Positions 50,341 through 64,000 of a stretch of 64,000 nt of DNA are shown piece by piece. Made by a program: the position numbers and the translations under genes. The DNA lies in NCBI GenBank assembly GCA_964276515.1, contig OZ193910.1, positions 1,550,001-1,614,000 on the forward strand. Reading direction: 5' to 3'. How positions within the stretch are numbered: position 1 is the first letter of the stretch; each line of letters begins with the position of its first letter. Origin of the DNA: Gordius albopunctatus. Lineage: Eukaryota. The notes under the pieces were generated by a model that saw only the letters and a program-made list of their open reading frames with translations, ran no database searches and was not told where the DNA came from.

Positions 50341-51092
50341 TAGAGAACTGCAAAGATACTTTTTTTCAACCCGAACCCGACCCCAAAGCACTTTAAAAAT
50401 TTTTAACCCGACCTAAAAGGGTTTAATTTTTTTAAACCGAATCCCTCCCGAGCGCGTTTTAAATTTTGACATCCGACGCAAGAGAGTAAGAAAAATTGCG
50501 ATGTGTAAAATATAATCGTCAAATTAAAGTGCGATTTATGAAACTAATTGATACCACAGATAATTTATTTCTGATTTATTGTGATATATAAATATGATAG
50601 CATCTAAAATATCGGGTCGCATTTAATTTGAAATATATAGTTTTGCAAATGAATCATTTTATAAATTAAACTTACTTTTATTTTGGTTTATGAATATATA
50701 TTATATATATATATATATATATATGACTTCACACTATTTAAATACAATTTAAAATAATATTTTTTGATATATTTTACCTTTCACGAGTTAAATTTAAATT
50801 TGCGTCCATATTAAAACAATCAGATTTTAATAAACAAAAGAATAATGAATTAAATTAATCATCTTAAATTATACATTTCGATATTAATTAAAAATCTTAT
50901 ACATAATAGCATTAATTTTAAAGGTAGGTCAGGTGTATTTTGCAATGTAAGATTCATAACCTTTCACCCGAAACTTTAAATCCAACCCGACCCGAAAAAA
51001 TCTAAAATTTTAAACCCGTCGAGCCGGTTTTCGGGTCATCCCCACCCTATGTCGGGTCGGGTTGAGTTTCAAGTCACCCTTGAAGGTCTCTA
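50341..51092. mobile_element. hAT-type MITE with ACCCG repeats in the MSH4/LARS1 divergent intergenic region
   Basis: TAGAGAACTGCAAAG...CTTGAAGGTCTCTA termini and ACCCGA repeats. Short relatives at 45332-45465 and about 61635-61760. Confidence 0.7.
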
Positions 51093-51214
51093 TTTGAAGG
51101 GTAAATATATAGCTACTGATAATAAAACTTGAAATTTTACATTTAAATTAGTTGGCATAATGCGTTTATTTACCATTTGATTATAACTTATTCCTCAACG
51201 TGTTGTCCTGGCAG

Positions 51215-51544
51215 ATATAAAAATGAAACTATGTGTGTGTGTATATATATGCCGCCCCCAATTTTGGAAAACTACCAGACCGATTTGGCTCAAAATTTCA
51301 CAGTTTATTTCTGACACTCCGGAGCATGTTTTAAGATTTGTTTGAGCCAAATCGGTCCAGTAGTTTTCGTGTATTCGTACGCGTTGCACTGTAAACGGGA
51401 ATAGAACAATAGAAGTAGAACATATAGACATCAAACTTAATTTTTACTTCAATAACCGCTTTATCATCATATATTCCCTAAAATTCCAACATAATTTAAT
51501 ACACCCGGGTAAATGGCAAAACAACGTTTGTTGGGTTAATCTAG
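51215..51544 (+). mobile_element. Non-autonomous Helitron, copy 2
   Basis: Colinear with 14845-15184; ends GGCAAAACAACGTTTGTTGGGTTAATCTAG|T. Confidence 0.8.
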
Positions 51545-52037
51545 TCTAATATATTATTGTATATATCATACACAATTATTTAAAAATACATCTCAATTAG
51601 CGTTAAAAAAAGTCCAATATACAGTGGAAATAAGTATACATTAAAAGGATAGAAAGGAGTTTAAAATTGAGCAGATGAAGGCGAACTTGGGAGAGCAGCT
51701 GTTATATAATAAATATTAATACATAAAATAATTTTTTAATTATTTATAAGAAAAGCTTAGGGAGCTAAAATAAGTTATTTGTTCACTTTGGGTTCTAAAG
51801 CAATAATTAAATTATAATTAAAAATTTAAGTAGTGGAAATATTTATTTGAAAATTTTATAATTAATTATCTATAACAATGTATAAGAATTATCTTTGCGA
51901 ATAACTATTTCATAATAACTTGAAATTATTTTTTTAATAGCTCTATGTCAACTTTAACTATTTACAACATAGGACCTATAATTACTTCATCATTATTTAT
52001 TTAATGTTAGATTAAAAATAAAAGCCTGTGTGAATAA

Positions 52038-55000
52038 ATGGAATTTAATGTATGTTTCGCTACCAATTAAGTGAGACTTATTACTTAATTTTAAAAGCAC
52101 GTTTCGTCATTTTTAGCACATGGATGATAAAAAAGGATTATATAAAGTTAAAAGATTGATCGAAATTGAGGAAAGCGTGCAGAAATATTGGGAAAATGAG
52201 AAATTATTTGAAGCAAACGCTTCGACTAAGTACAGCAATTTTGTAAAAGATCAATTTTTGTTAATTTTATTTGTTATCTGTAAAATATCACTTTGCTTTT
52301 ATTAAATTTTAGTGAAAAGTCTGAGAAATATTTTGTCACATTTCCTTATCCTTATATGAACGGGCCTCTGCATCTTGGACATGCATTTACAATGTCAAAA
52401 TGTGAAGTAATATGCTATAATGTAATTTTATATTTTGATTTAGTTCTCTATAGGCTATTATCGTTTAAAAGGCAAAACATGTTTATTTCCATTAGGATTC
52501 CATTGCACTGGAATGCCTATCAAAGTAAGTTTTGATTTACCTTAGATATTTTGTTAGATATGTTGATAAATATTTGAAAAAATTATAATTTAATCATTTA
52601 AATGCTTAATTGAAGCTTTTATTCATTTATATATAACTCAATAATTGAAATTATTTCATCAGGCATGTGCTGACAAATTGAAAAAAGAGATTGAAGAGTT
52701 TGGTATGCCACCTCAATTTCCGTCAGAAAATGAGAAAATAGGGGAAAAAGACAAATCTAGTATTGTTGATGTAGAAGCTAAAATGGGAAATTTAATGAAG
52801 AGTAAAAAGGTTATTTTTCTCTTTAATAAATTATTTTTTTACGATTTTCAAGTCTATAAATAAATTTGGCATCAATCAATAATGCAACTAAATCATTAAG
52901 AATATATATTAAACTTGAGCCTTGCTAAAATTCATGATTTGATTATCTTTGTCTTATGTGCTAATTTTTGTTGATAAGCTTTATCTTAATAAAGCTACTG
53001 GGAAAATAAATTTATGTTAGGCTAATTTAATAATGGTCTGAATCTTTTCAGTAAAAATTTGATTTGAACATTATTTTGGTTAAATTATGAGCAAATCAAG
53101 TATAAAGAAAGGTTTAAATGTCTGCATAGTAAAGATAGCTCCACTCAAATTATAAAAATAATTATTGGATTCAATATCAGGTTATTGTTTTGCCCATTTT
53201 ATACAAATTCATTTAAATTTCATTTAATTATCTTCTATTTTAAGTGTTTTCTTTATTTATTCATAACTTAGAGCAAAGTTGCCTCAAAGTCAACTGGCCT
53301 GAAGTATCAATGGAATATTATGAAACAGCTAGACTTATCGGATGAAGAAATTGCCAAATTCGCTGATGCCTATTACTGGATCGATTTCTTTTCCTCCATG
53401 TGTATAACAGATGTGAAACGTCTGGGCCTTAAAGTAAAATATTTGCTATTATATCGTCTGCTTATATTTTACATCCTCTAGGTTTTATTTAAATTGCTTG
53501 TTTGTCATTGAATTAAGGAATAAAATATATTATGACTATTAAGATTTTTAATTTATATATAAAATAATTTTATCAACCTCATTTTTGAATGATATGGGTA
53601 TATTTAAGTTAAGTTTTTCACTGCAATCAGTGGTAATTATAACATTTTATTTCATCTGGGCCATACACATGCTAGAGCAAGGATATATTTCAAAATAATT
53701 TTATTTGGATTTTATGAGATATATTTTGTTTTTTACCACCTCACTCATATCATTTCCATTTTGCCTTAATTGTGTTCCTACCATTCATTTATAATTTGCC
53801 TTCCACAATAGACCCCTCTCCTTTATCATACAACTTTCACATTTACTTAGACGACTTTGTTTCATTTCGGATTAAACATATTTTTCCATGCATTATCTTA
53901 AAAAATATTTGATTTTTTTTTTGTATTTCAAATGATCTTTTTTTGCACGGAATTCCATATAACAGATTGATTGGAGAAGATCTTTTGTGACTACGGACTG
54001 CAACCCATTTTACGATTCTTTCGTTAAATGGCAATTTACCCGATTGAAGGAGCGAGACCGTATTAAATTTGGAAAACGCTACACTATATACTCCCCCAGG
54101 GATGGGCAACCGTGTTTAGACCACGATAGACGGAGTGGAGAAGTGAGGGGCCTAAGCTAGCTTTAAAATTTTTGGAAACTTCATTTATAAGTCAAGACAC
54201 GGCTATGTACGACGATTTTTGCTGCGCGTCAAAATCCCTTAGGGCTTGTCTTAATATCGGATTCAGATGCAAATGGCGCGAATTCATCTTTATCAAATAT
54301 CCTATGATTCAATTTCATGTGTCAGACTCGGTTTTAATAATTAATATTTTGTTTTTTGATAGTTAAATCCTTTTTTTTATTTCTTTCAACTCTTGAGATT
54401 AATCGCTCTTATATTATGCGTCTGAAATGAAAATCTGCTGCTGTGAATTCCAAGTTTAGACACGGGGCTATGTTATAACCAATACGACGATTTTTGCTGC
54501 GCGTCAAAATCCCTTATTAAGACGAGTCCTAAGCCGTCTTGTCTTAAATTAGTATATTTTGTTTTTTGTCGTCGCTGGGTTTGTATCTTTCAATCATATT
54601 TTACTTTCTACCTAATTTCCACGTTTAAATGGATCTTTTTGCAAATTTTGCGTTGGCCCTGGGCACGGGCATAATGATGATTTTTTGAAATTTTAGCCAT
54701 AATATAAACAAATTTTTGGATTTAGAGGGTGGAAGCCAGCCCCCCCCCCCCCCCCTTGACTACGCACATAAGATTGGTTGTCTTACTATTAAGGAATATT
54801 GTACTTTTTAAAAGTAAATGTGAATTAAGCGTTTTTTTATTTATATTATAGGGCGTCCAGCCGCAAGAGTACACACTTTTGAAGATCAAGGTTCTGCAAC
54901 CCTATCCAAAATGTTTCGGGTAATAGGCTTTCATAAGGGCCAAAAATAATTATTTCGAACTCAATACAGTTTTAGTGATATATTACCAACTTCTAGGCTT

Positions 55001-58000
55001 AGTCAGAAGACCAGAGTCCAGACGTCTTTTTACCACACGACTTATTTGTTTTCAAAAAGCCTCTTTTTATGTAAGACACCCGAGAAAATTTATAGCTACT
55101 CTCTATGTAATTCGTTAAATATGTGTGCAAATCTACCTATTAACGGAGGTTATAAGCTACCCTTAAAAGATTATTACCGCCATCTATAAAATGTCTAATT
55201 TTCCGAGCTCTTTTCATAACAACCATCGCTCGCACATAGTTTATAAAAGTGCAAACTCAAGATAGAGGCGCAGGCTACTACTCAACTTACAAGTTTACCA
55301 GTCTCTGGTATTATCTGTGGCCAAACATTACCATTTTTTATAAGTCTAAATTAAAGAGGACCCTCAGCTTTTCCCCTACATTTGCTCCTGAACCTTAACT
55401 TTTCAACTAAAAATCCCACGGAAATAACTACTAGTTTTTATAAGCCATATACATGAGGGTAGCCAGTATTGGATTTGGAGGGAGGGGTAAAATGATCCCT
55501 TTTAAAATTTTTAGCCATAATTTTGATAAATTTCTGGATTAGGGCAGTGGCTATATACACCCCTTTTATGCTAGTAACTATTTCTATTCAGACCGATTAC
55601 CGCCCAAGCTGGACAAGATTGCAATGTATATCTGGCCGCGGCTACTATGAGACCAGAAACCATGTACGGGCAAACTAATTGCTGGCTACACCCGGACTTG
55701 GACTACGTAGCTTTCGTAGAGGAAGAGTCAGAGCGGCAAACGACGCTCCTACCCAAGAGCATCATAATAAGCTCGCGCTCGGCAGCTCGTAACGCTTGCT
55801 TTCAAGGATTCACACCCACTTACGGGCGCTACGACGCTCTAACTAGCTTCAAGGGACAAGTGAGTACAGCGTTTTAAAGCGCTCTAAATATTATTAACGG
55901 GGGGCTTGATGCAGTGGATGGTTTTAAATTTGTTTTAGGATAAATAGGCTTAAAATTGATTGAAACGAGTTTTTTTATTTTATTTGAAGGGTGGTATGCA
56001 TATGACAAAAATTCCATGATTTTAATTTCTTTACTTCTTTATTTTATATACTTTTAATATGTGTTATGGAAAGCGCCTTGTAAAAAGACTTTAACGGTTT
56101 ATAATAATACTACTACATAATCGCCATTCGGACACATTTGTTGCAAATAATAAAGATTCTAACAAACATTGCTCTAATTTTTTGATTAAAATGTTTGGAA
56201 ATAAAGTTTTATTTTTGCTTCGCCCGGGGGGTGGGGGCTTAGGAATTGCTTGGATTGAAGCTTTCGGCACCGCTTTCAACTTACCCAATCGTTTACTCCC
56301 TTCCCATGTTGACCATCAAAGACACTAAAGGTAAAATTGGATTTAAATTGCGAAATCGATTTTTACGCAATAAACGATTGCCGCTACGATTGCTTTGCTT
56401 TTAGGCTTTATACTTCATTTATTTAAGATTATATTTAAGCAGTAGCTCGACACTTGGATTCTTTTTAAAAATCATTGTGGCTCGGCTAGATACAAGAAGA
56501 CTGCCTCAAATATATTCAGTTGTTTTTCGAAATTTTGAAACATAGCAGATTTTTAATGGAAAATCCTTAATTTTTTTTTTTTTTTTGTTAAAAAGTTTAT
56601 TTTCAAGAAACAAAGTTACATTAATAAGCGAAATACAAAAATAAAGACATATTGGTTAAATACAAAGATTTATATCATTCTCTTCTAAAATGGGCCATGA
56701 GTCGGCGAATGATTTAAAGTTGTATCGTGCAACAAGAATCCCCACTAGTTGTTGCCTGAGTAAAAAGGACGCAGAAATTTTAGATTTCGGGCTGCGTTTT
56801 CCGATGTCTTTAAAAAACCCCATTGCCTGTTTGCCAAAGGAACCGGAGCACGTGGCAACGACAGGGATAAAAATATTGGATGCCAAAAGGGCAGAATACT
56901 TTGTAGTTTTACGCCCTTCTTCTTTAGCGATAGGGTCGTAATTAAAATGGGAAGGGGCAAAAAGGTCAATACAAGTAAAATCCCATTTGAGGGATAGGCC
57001 ATTTTGCCAGGGGACTAGAGAAGAGCCGTCAGGGCGCATCCTACCTTCAAGGGAGGGATCGGACGGCTCAAGGATTGAGGGCATTTTGGCCTTTTTAAGG
57101 GCAGCTTGAATTAATAAATTAGCTTTAGTGTGCCTAACGTATTTATATTTGTTTGCTAGGCAGTGTAGAGGGTGCCTAGCATATTCGTCTACAACGGTAA
57201 GGCAGTTTTGACAGTTGAATTCTCTGCTGTAACTAATCCCCAACCTTAAAGCTATGGAATATGATAGCTCAAAGTCTTCAAGCAGCATTCCCAAAAGTTT
57301 GCTGGGATAGGCTTCAAGCCACTCGTGACCGGAACCGTCAAAAGCGAGGGACCTAAGGTTGTAATGCTGGCTATCATCGCTGCTCGATAAGAGGTAATCA
57401 ACGGAGCGCGATACTAGTCCAGAATCCCAATCCTTTTGTCTCGTACTTTGAGGTTGGATGGTCTCGGGTGTGACATTCAAATTCCAAAGCTCCAAGGCTT
57501 GAGTTAGCAGGGGGTCGGAATCATGTTTTATGAGATTAAAAATTAAGTTTTGGACCGACTTAAAAGAGGAAATAAAAGCGGCTAGCGATATGCTGCCGGG
57601 AGGGCGAATTCCTAATCCTCCAGATTTGTTTGGGAGGGATGCTTGAATCCAATTGTTAGTATTAAATTTAAAATTTTTTCTAATAACGTTTTTAAAAAGC
57701 CTTCGTACGACTTTAAAACGTCTGGGTGTAAAAATGCGCCAGATGAGCGAAAACAATGATTAATCTTTGAGATGTTAAAATAGTTTTTGATTATGTAAAA
57801 TGAGTGATGCGCTGGCAAGCATTTTAAAAGTTCCGTTTTAGATTTTAAAATTTCAAGGTTCTTATGAAGAAAATTTAAGAGAGATTTTTCACCGCCAATG
57901 GGTGATCCCAAAAGGGATATGTTTTCCTTCTCTAAAACTAAAAAAGGTTTAAAAATTGGAAAGTCAATAGTGTTGGGGGCCTGAAAGATTTCACATTTTT

Positions 58001-61000
58001 TCGAGTTTAATGTAAGATTCAGAGTGGGTTTAAAATTGTTGATAATTTGTATAGCTTTACTGATCTCCTCCGGGCGGCCACATAGGGTGGCGTCGTCGAG
58101 ATACCAAACATTTAAATCCAGAATACACTGAGATGATATAGCCTCGACTAAATTATGAATGGCTAAACAAAACAAAGGAGGGCCTAATGGGTCTCCTTGT
58201 TGGATGCCTTCGGACGAGTCAATGACGTATTCGCCGAATCGAAGCTTGGTTGTAGAACCATAGCTTAATAAAATGTAATTTACGAATTGTGGGAATTCAG
58301 CTAAAAAAGTGTTAATAAGGGTTTCTCTTCGAATGCAGTTAAAAGCATTGGCAAAATCTAATTTAACAAAGCAGGACTCGGTGGGAATATTTTGGAGTGT
58401 GATCCGGCCAGCATGGCTGGCTGCCTCACATCCGCCTTTAATTCCGAAGCCGAGTTGATGAGGGCGGAGCTTGGCGGATAAGGAGGGTTTTATGAGTTTG
58501 CAGAGGGTTTTTGATATAATACGGCGAAAAAGACTTCCAATGGCGATGGGTCTAACTGAATTATCCTGTTTTTTGATGGCGATAAGTTTTGCACCGAATA
58601 AAATAGGGATGATTTCATGAGGAAATTTTCCGTTAACAATGATATTACAAAAGGAAGTAATAGAATTTAAAAGAGGTTCAGTATTTAAATTATTCAGGTT
58701 GAGTAAATCTTGTAGATATACTGGGCGCCATCCGTCGAGTCCGGCTGCGGAGTCCAAAGGAAAGGAGCTAAGGGCTTCACGGATGTCTGAAGACTCGAGC
58801 ACTATTGATGATGGAGATGTGGGGTATCTACTGGCTGATGATGCTGCTGGGTGTTTTTGATTAAGCTCCCTATAAGAGTCAGGACAATAAGGGGCAATTG
58901 AGTTGTTATCATAAAAAGCTGTAAGGGCACTTTTTGGGTTGAAATTATGGATTTTATTTGAAATGTGCTTGGCTGTTTGGTTAATTGTGGGTTCTAGTGG
59001 AAAGGGTTTTGTTTTACCTTTGCATGTAATGGGAACATCAGTATTAAAACACAGAAGGGATTCCTTGATGAGGCTTGATAAATTATGTTCATTAGGTTCC
59101 CTAACATAAAGGATATAATATGGGAATTTAAAAAGTTTGTCCCAATTGGTTAAGTTATAAGGGTTTTTGATAATGGAAGTGAATATATTTAGCAGAGATT
59201 GTTGGATGGAAGGTCTGGCTCCTCTTGGGATTCTGGAGATAGTATTAGGAAATTAGTCTCTCTCATTGGGAATGTTTGTAATTAAAAGAAGAAAGTGTGT
59301 CCACTTTCGAGACTGAAATAATCTAAATCTACCAGTTCATAGGTGTTTCCTTTGAATATTATTTTTGTATTTCTATTTTTTAATGAAAAAATGTTTTATT
59401 TGCATGACAATCACAAAGGGACGGCAATCGTAACTAGCGTGCCCAGCGATTCGCCCGACGATTATGCTGCACTGTGTGACTTGAAAAACAAACCGGCATT
59501 GAGGAATAAATATGGAATCTCCGATGAAATGGTGTTGCCCTTCGACCCCGTAAACAACAACAACAAATAAATAAAATAATAATAATTATTATTATTATAC
59601 TACTATTTTGACAAACATTTTTGCGCTCAAAGAATGTTATATTCCATTTATATTTTCCATTAACGTCTAAAAGTTATCAGCTTTTGAAAGTGAAAAGGTT
59701 AATTTAATAGTATAATGTATGTGTGTATAGGAAAATTAAGAAAATTATGATGTGCCATAAGTTTAAATTGCATTTCTCACAATGATTTCAAATGTAAAAG
59801 CGCGACCACGGAACTTTGGTAAATATTATATCGTTTAACGGTCCTCCTCCTACTTTATGGCCTTTTACCTTTAAACCAAGGTTTGGTATAAATTTGTGCT
59901 AGTTTGCGTCGTTATAGGAGGAGCAAAGCTTTTTCAACTAACTTTTTACCTAAAGGGCTTCATGGGCTTAATCAGCCCAGCATTGGGATTAGAGGGGGCA
60001 ATATGATCATTTTTTGAAATGTTGGCCTTAATTTTAATAAATTATAACATCTTTTTGGATTTAGAGGGGGGCACCCGCCCCTCCCTGGCTACACCATATG
60101 TAAAAATTATATTACATAGGCGTGTAATTTGTGAATCGCGCGTTTTAAACACATAGGTGCCAATTCTGGAAATCCCGGGGTACGGGAACTTACCTGCTCA
60201 AACCATTTGTCAAGAACTCAAGATTCAAAGTCAAAATGATAGGGACCTTCTAGCCCAAGCCAAAGAAAAGATTTATCTCAAAGGATTTTACGAAGGGGTA
60301 CGCTCATCTTTCATTGTTGAGTGCTGTCTTAACAGCTGATAATTTCAGCCAGTATAGAAGGCGCCATTTTGAGGGAAATTGTGACCAAACGATAAAACTC
60401 AACACAATTTATTGTTCTATTTTACTTATAGGAAATTTATAAGATTATTTCCTAAAAGTTAAATCGTGTAAAAGTGTAAATATGTCTGTTGTTCAGTTTT
60501 TCCTTCAAGATGGCAGCTATATAATAATGTCTGAATGATTCTAATAGAAAAATTAGCTGATCCCCACTCTATGGTTTTATTAGTGTCTGTATGCTCTTGC
60601 TATAATAGAAAAAGGAATTGTTTTACTCCTTTACCCTCCGGGAAACTGTTGCCCGTTTCGTCCAATCTTTTACGTTATGTACGACTACTAATCTAGTATT
60701 AATGCTTTGTAATTTCTAAACAGCTGACGACCACCACCCCCCCCCGTTCATTCGCTACTAGGAAATACTGGTTGTGTATTGGTCGACTCCACATTTGATC
60801 TAAAATCCTTTGGTCTAGAGTCATGCGACTGCACACAAACAGCAGACCGATAAATACCCTTTTGGTCTGCTCTTTGTGTTTACTCGCTTAAAACCAAAGG
60901 TGTCTACAACACTACTGTAGTGTCTTGATAGCATAGCAAATCAAACTACCGCTTCCACACGAAATATCATCAAAACCTTAACCTTTCCAACGATTACGGG

Positions 61001-64000
61001 GACATTTTGAAATTAGCTATATAGAAAATTGGTTATTCCCTTTAAAAGATCTCAAAACGAGAACCTTTTATTCTATCGAAATCCTAATAAGAGTAAATGT
61101 AGGAAGGGCGAAGGGAAATTTCGTCCCTCGAACGATGCTATAGAAAAACGATAACTACGCTTTCACTTACAGTATCAAACTAGAAATAAGTGTAAAAGAG
61201 GTTATTATAAAAGTTCCTCGGCGCATGATCTATTTTCCGTGTATGCGCGTTTTTGAATTAACTTTTTGTGGTAGAGTAATGTTATCGTATCAAATGTCTG
61301 ATTAGGTCCTTTTGGTTGCCCCTTACGCTGGGAGAAAGATTCAGGAAGTAAAGAAAGACATACAAAATTACTTGTTTCAGCACAATTATGCGCGGCTCTA
61401 CTTGGAACCCGAAAGTCCCATCATATCTCGGTCGGGAGATGTGTGCGTTGTAGCCCTGTGTGATCAATGGTTAATTTTAAACTTGATTTTCTTTGAAATA
61501 TATACCATTTTACCCTTATTTTTTTGAATTATGGATTTATCGAACTTTATAATGTTTATGTCGGCCGTTTTTAAGGTGAAATTAACTCTAAAATGTTTAG
61601 TGCGCTACGAGCTTAGCTTAGTGAGATTATACAAGAGACCTGCACAGCCTGACCCCAACCGAACCCGACTTTTAGATGCTTTCGGGCGGTTCGGATTGAA
61701 AATTTTAAAATTCTCTCGAATCGGAAATTTTGAAATGCTTTCGGGTCGGATTCGGAAAAGGGGACTTTGAAGTTCTTTCAATTTTACTTGGAAATAATAA
61801 TAATTTATTTCTTCTGAATTACAAAATACTCGTGTTTTCTGCTCATTTAAATGGTGCCCAAATTTTACAAATTTTCTTGGCGAGGCTCTGATTTTTTAAT
61901 CCTGGCTGGGCTCCTGATCTGGTTTTCAAATTTTTTTTCGGGATTTTATGGCATTCATATAACTAGAGTTGTTAAATTGCTAACTTGCCTCAACTCCAGC
62001 TACCATCTGCTCGAGTTTCTGCTCGGCCCTCGAGCATTTTTATATGCTACTGCTCCGCCTACTGCACCCAACAGCGAGCACATATTGTGGTAACATCGCG
62101 CATATTAAGCAACTCAGTGTGCGCACTCGCGTCTGGAGTTTGAAGCAATTTAACAACTCTACGATATAACTGAGAGATCGTCATCACATAGCTAACTTTA
62201 AGCATAACACTGTTTGGGGGCGTTGGAAATTTTGCAGGTTTTTAGATTACGGCGACGAAAGGTGGAAGGCTCAAGTGCGTCAATACTTACCCAACCTGGA
62301 GACTTATTGTCCAGAAGTGACGCGGAACTTTGAGGGAACTCTAGATTGGATCCGAGAACATGCGTGTTCTCGACAATATGGACTGGGTATACATTACAAT
62401 TTCATTAATTTTTTTTTATATTCCCTACTTGTAAATGGATGAATTCTGTGAGTTTATAAATGATTTCAATAGGTTTCATGTTGAGTTTCATTTTATGAGT
62501 TTCAATTTTTTGTATATAAATTGGTAGACTAGATAGACTGCTCATCATGAAATTTGAATAAATGCAACATTTTTCCACCATTTTGTAATGTGCACGAGGG
62601 AGGGGAGTACAAAATTATAGAAATTTTGGTTAATTAACGTGTTTTTAAAACGTAATTAAAAAATATTAAACTAGTTAAATAACATAACAAACAGCATTTT
62701 AATATATATGTGTGTGTATCATTACAAAATTTATAAAAATTAATATTTAAAATATTTAATGCCATCTGCATTTGATTTAATAAACATTTAATAAGGAATG
62801 AGAAAGGTAAAATTCCTTTTTTCCGTTTTAACAATGGCGGCGGACACTGCAAAAAGACACATGGGGGAGATAGTTAAATTCAAAATGGTGGATATGACGT
62901 GATCAGTCTATGTTTGCGCACTAGTTTTTTGTAATATTTTAAATTTTAACCCAAAATTTTTTCCTGCCCTCATGTATTCGTTACGTATTATAAATGATCA
63001 ACTTTTCGGTAATTAACATCGGTTTAATTGACGCTCATTACATTTATATATGAGTAAATATCTACTGATATATTTGTTTAAAACCATGCAACTGTTGATA
63101 ATCTTAAAGAAATTTGCTGCATTTTTATGTTCACTCTTTAATAAGCAGTAGAACGAACAGAGCAATGCTTTTACGTCATACAAATATACTGTGCGATCAT
63201 TGATGGAATCATTTAAAATTCTGACGCTTAACTTAAGTTCGAAGCAAAATTATTTCCAAAGAGTTGCTTAGGCCTACTAGAAAATAGGTTCAAATTATTT
63301 TTTTAATCGCCCCCCCCCTATCCTCTTCAGCAGAAATATTTATAAATCCATGGTAAAAATAATATAATTTGATTTTTATGGTTAAATTCATTCTTTTTAG
63401 AAAATAATTTTATTGTTAAATTCGCGTGTTTTCTTAATTCCAAGGTTCTCGCATCCCCTGGGACGATTGTTGGCTAATTGAATCGCTCTCGGATTCGACC
63501 ATTTACATGGCCTACTACACCATAGCTCATCTCCTGCAGGGCCGAGACCTCAAAGGAATTATGGGCAATGATATAGGCATCGAGTTTGTCTTTTTGAACC
63601 TCTGACAAAATATATTAATTTTGAGTTTTTAACCCGTAGATATTTTGGCAACATGGGAGTAGCCAGAATTGGAATTAGAGGGGGGGGGGCTAAAATTATT
63701 ATTTTTTAAAATTTCACCCATAATTTAAATAAATTCAACATTAAAAAGGTTGGTTTTTTCAAGTATGAATTGTTATTTTTATTCTGCTAGAAGCTTTAGT
63801 AATTGTTCTCGTAAAACACTAAGAATGAATGAGCTTGTAATAGCATTTTTAGCCCATAGAGATGCCTGAAGCGCATTTCATTTTGCATTGTTTCTAATTT
63901 ATAAAATGACGAAACTTTTAAAATAGCATTATTTTTTTTGTAATTGCCAATTTTTAACCAATTGATAAATTGCTTGATCCTTGAGATAAATTTTAGGGCC
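52038..64000 (+). CDS. LARS1: Cytosolic leucyl-tRNA synthetase, 5' part (gene continues past window end)
   Basis: Exons: (52038-52049 putative), 52117-52229, 52313-52406, 52444-52524, 52663-52809, 53272-53433, 53966-54142, 54852-54919, 55592-55859, 56243-56330, 59419-59549, 60157-60297, 61306-61469, 62238-62386, 63445-63583; the next acceptor is probably at 63996/63997. Motifs: [14 protein letters not shown] (HIGH), [29 protein letters not shown]1 editing [15 protein letters not shown] and [47 protein letters not shown]. Confidence 0.95.
54242..54529. mobile_element. PIF/Harbinger MITE (family B), opposite orientation, next to a partial duplicate of its own end
   Basis: TIR GGGCTTGTCTTAATATCGG at 54242. 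54195-54241 repeats the element's terminal GACACGGCTATG...GCTGCGCGTCAAAATCCCTTA. Confidence 0.8.
56571..59255 (-). mobile_element. 5'-truncated non-LTR retrotransposon, CRE-like clade (RT plus restriction-like endonuclease), antisense in a LARS1 intron
   Basis: Frame is open from about 59253 (RIPRGAR...). RT motifs: [56 protein letters not shown]. One frameshift near 57665 leads to QASLP..GGLG, a CxxC..H..C knuckle (CQNC...HPLHC) and RLE motifs RH, EP, RPDG, WDFT, E..K..KY; stop at 56656. The short 3'UTR has AATAAA and a 16-nt poly(A) (T-run 56571-56586 on +). Confidence 0.9.
61964..62161 (-). mobile_element. hAT-type MITE (family A) in a LARS1 intron
   Basis: Reverse complement of 26623-26825 with the same TIRs. 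Confidence 0.9.
62533..62911. mobile_element. MITE with (C)ATAGACTG...CAGTCTAT(G) termini and AAAATGGCGG motifs (possibly P-element related)
   Basis: Inverted termini ATAGACTG/CAGTCTAT. Related pieces at about 3560-3608, 16108-16480 and 44227-44332. Superfamily is a guess. Confidence 0.45.

Noticed and set aside
55040..55370. Possible decayed CR1/L2 LINE 3' fragment
   Set aside because: Only faint motif resemblance and many stops; cannot be supported without a search.
302..63583. Non-canonical splice sites or recoded stop codons
   Set aside because: All six genes could be assembled with GT-AG junctions and the standard code once two microexons were included.

Overview
AT-rich animal (invertebrate-type) nuclear DNA with six intron-rich protein-coding genes, reconstructed exon by exon by eye with GT-AG junctions only. 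They are: exocyst Sec10/EXOC5 (+, 302-10459), a KIF3B-type kinesin-2 motor (-, 12449-21888), a small CYSTM1-like tail-anchored protein (-, 28320-28805), presenilin (-, 31613-35657), meiotic MSH4 (-, 37953-49748) and the 5' part of cytosolic leucyl-tRNA synthetase (+, from about 52038, running off the window). Introns are bimodal: many are only 35-45 nt, and the rest are inflated by nested transposon debris. The debris includes hAT, PIF/Harbinger and Sola-like MITEs, non-autonomous Helitrons, RTE fragments, Ty3/gypsy relics and a young CRE-type RLE retrotransposon. The most unusual observations are these. (1) Sharply CpG-depleted, TE-free zones over the first ~1.5-2 kb of the housekeeping genes, but not over MSH4 exon 1. 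(2) A hAT MITE carrying the same 25-bp passenger on opposite ends in two copies. (3) A nested gypsy relic that forms a 252-bp inverted LTR-PBS-gag repeat inside one TSD. (4) Two 13-nt microexons, altered ATPase motifs and a repeat-containing C-terminal tail in MSH4. All calls rest on manual reading and recalled family motifs; no search was run. No CRISPR, rRNA or tRNA was seen.
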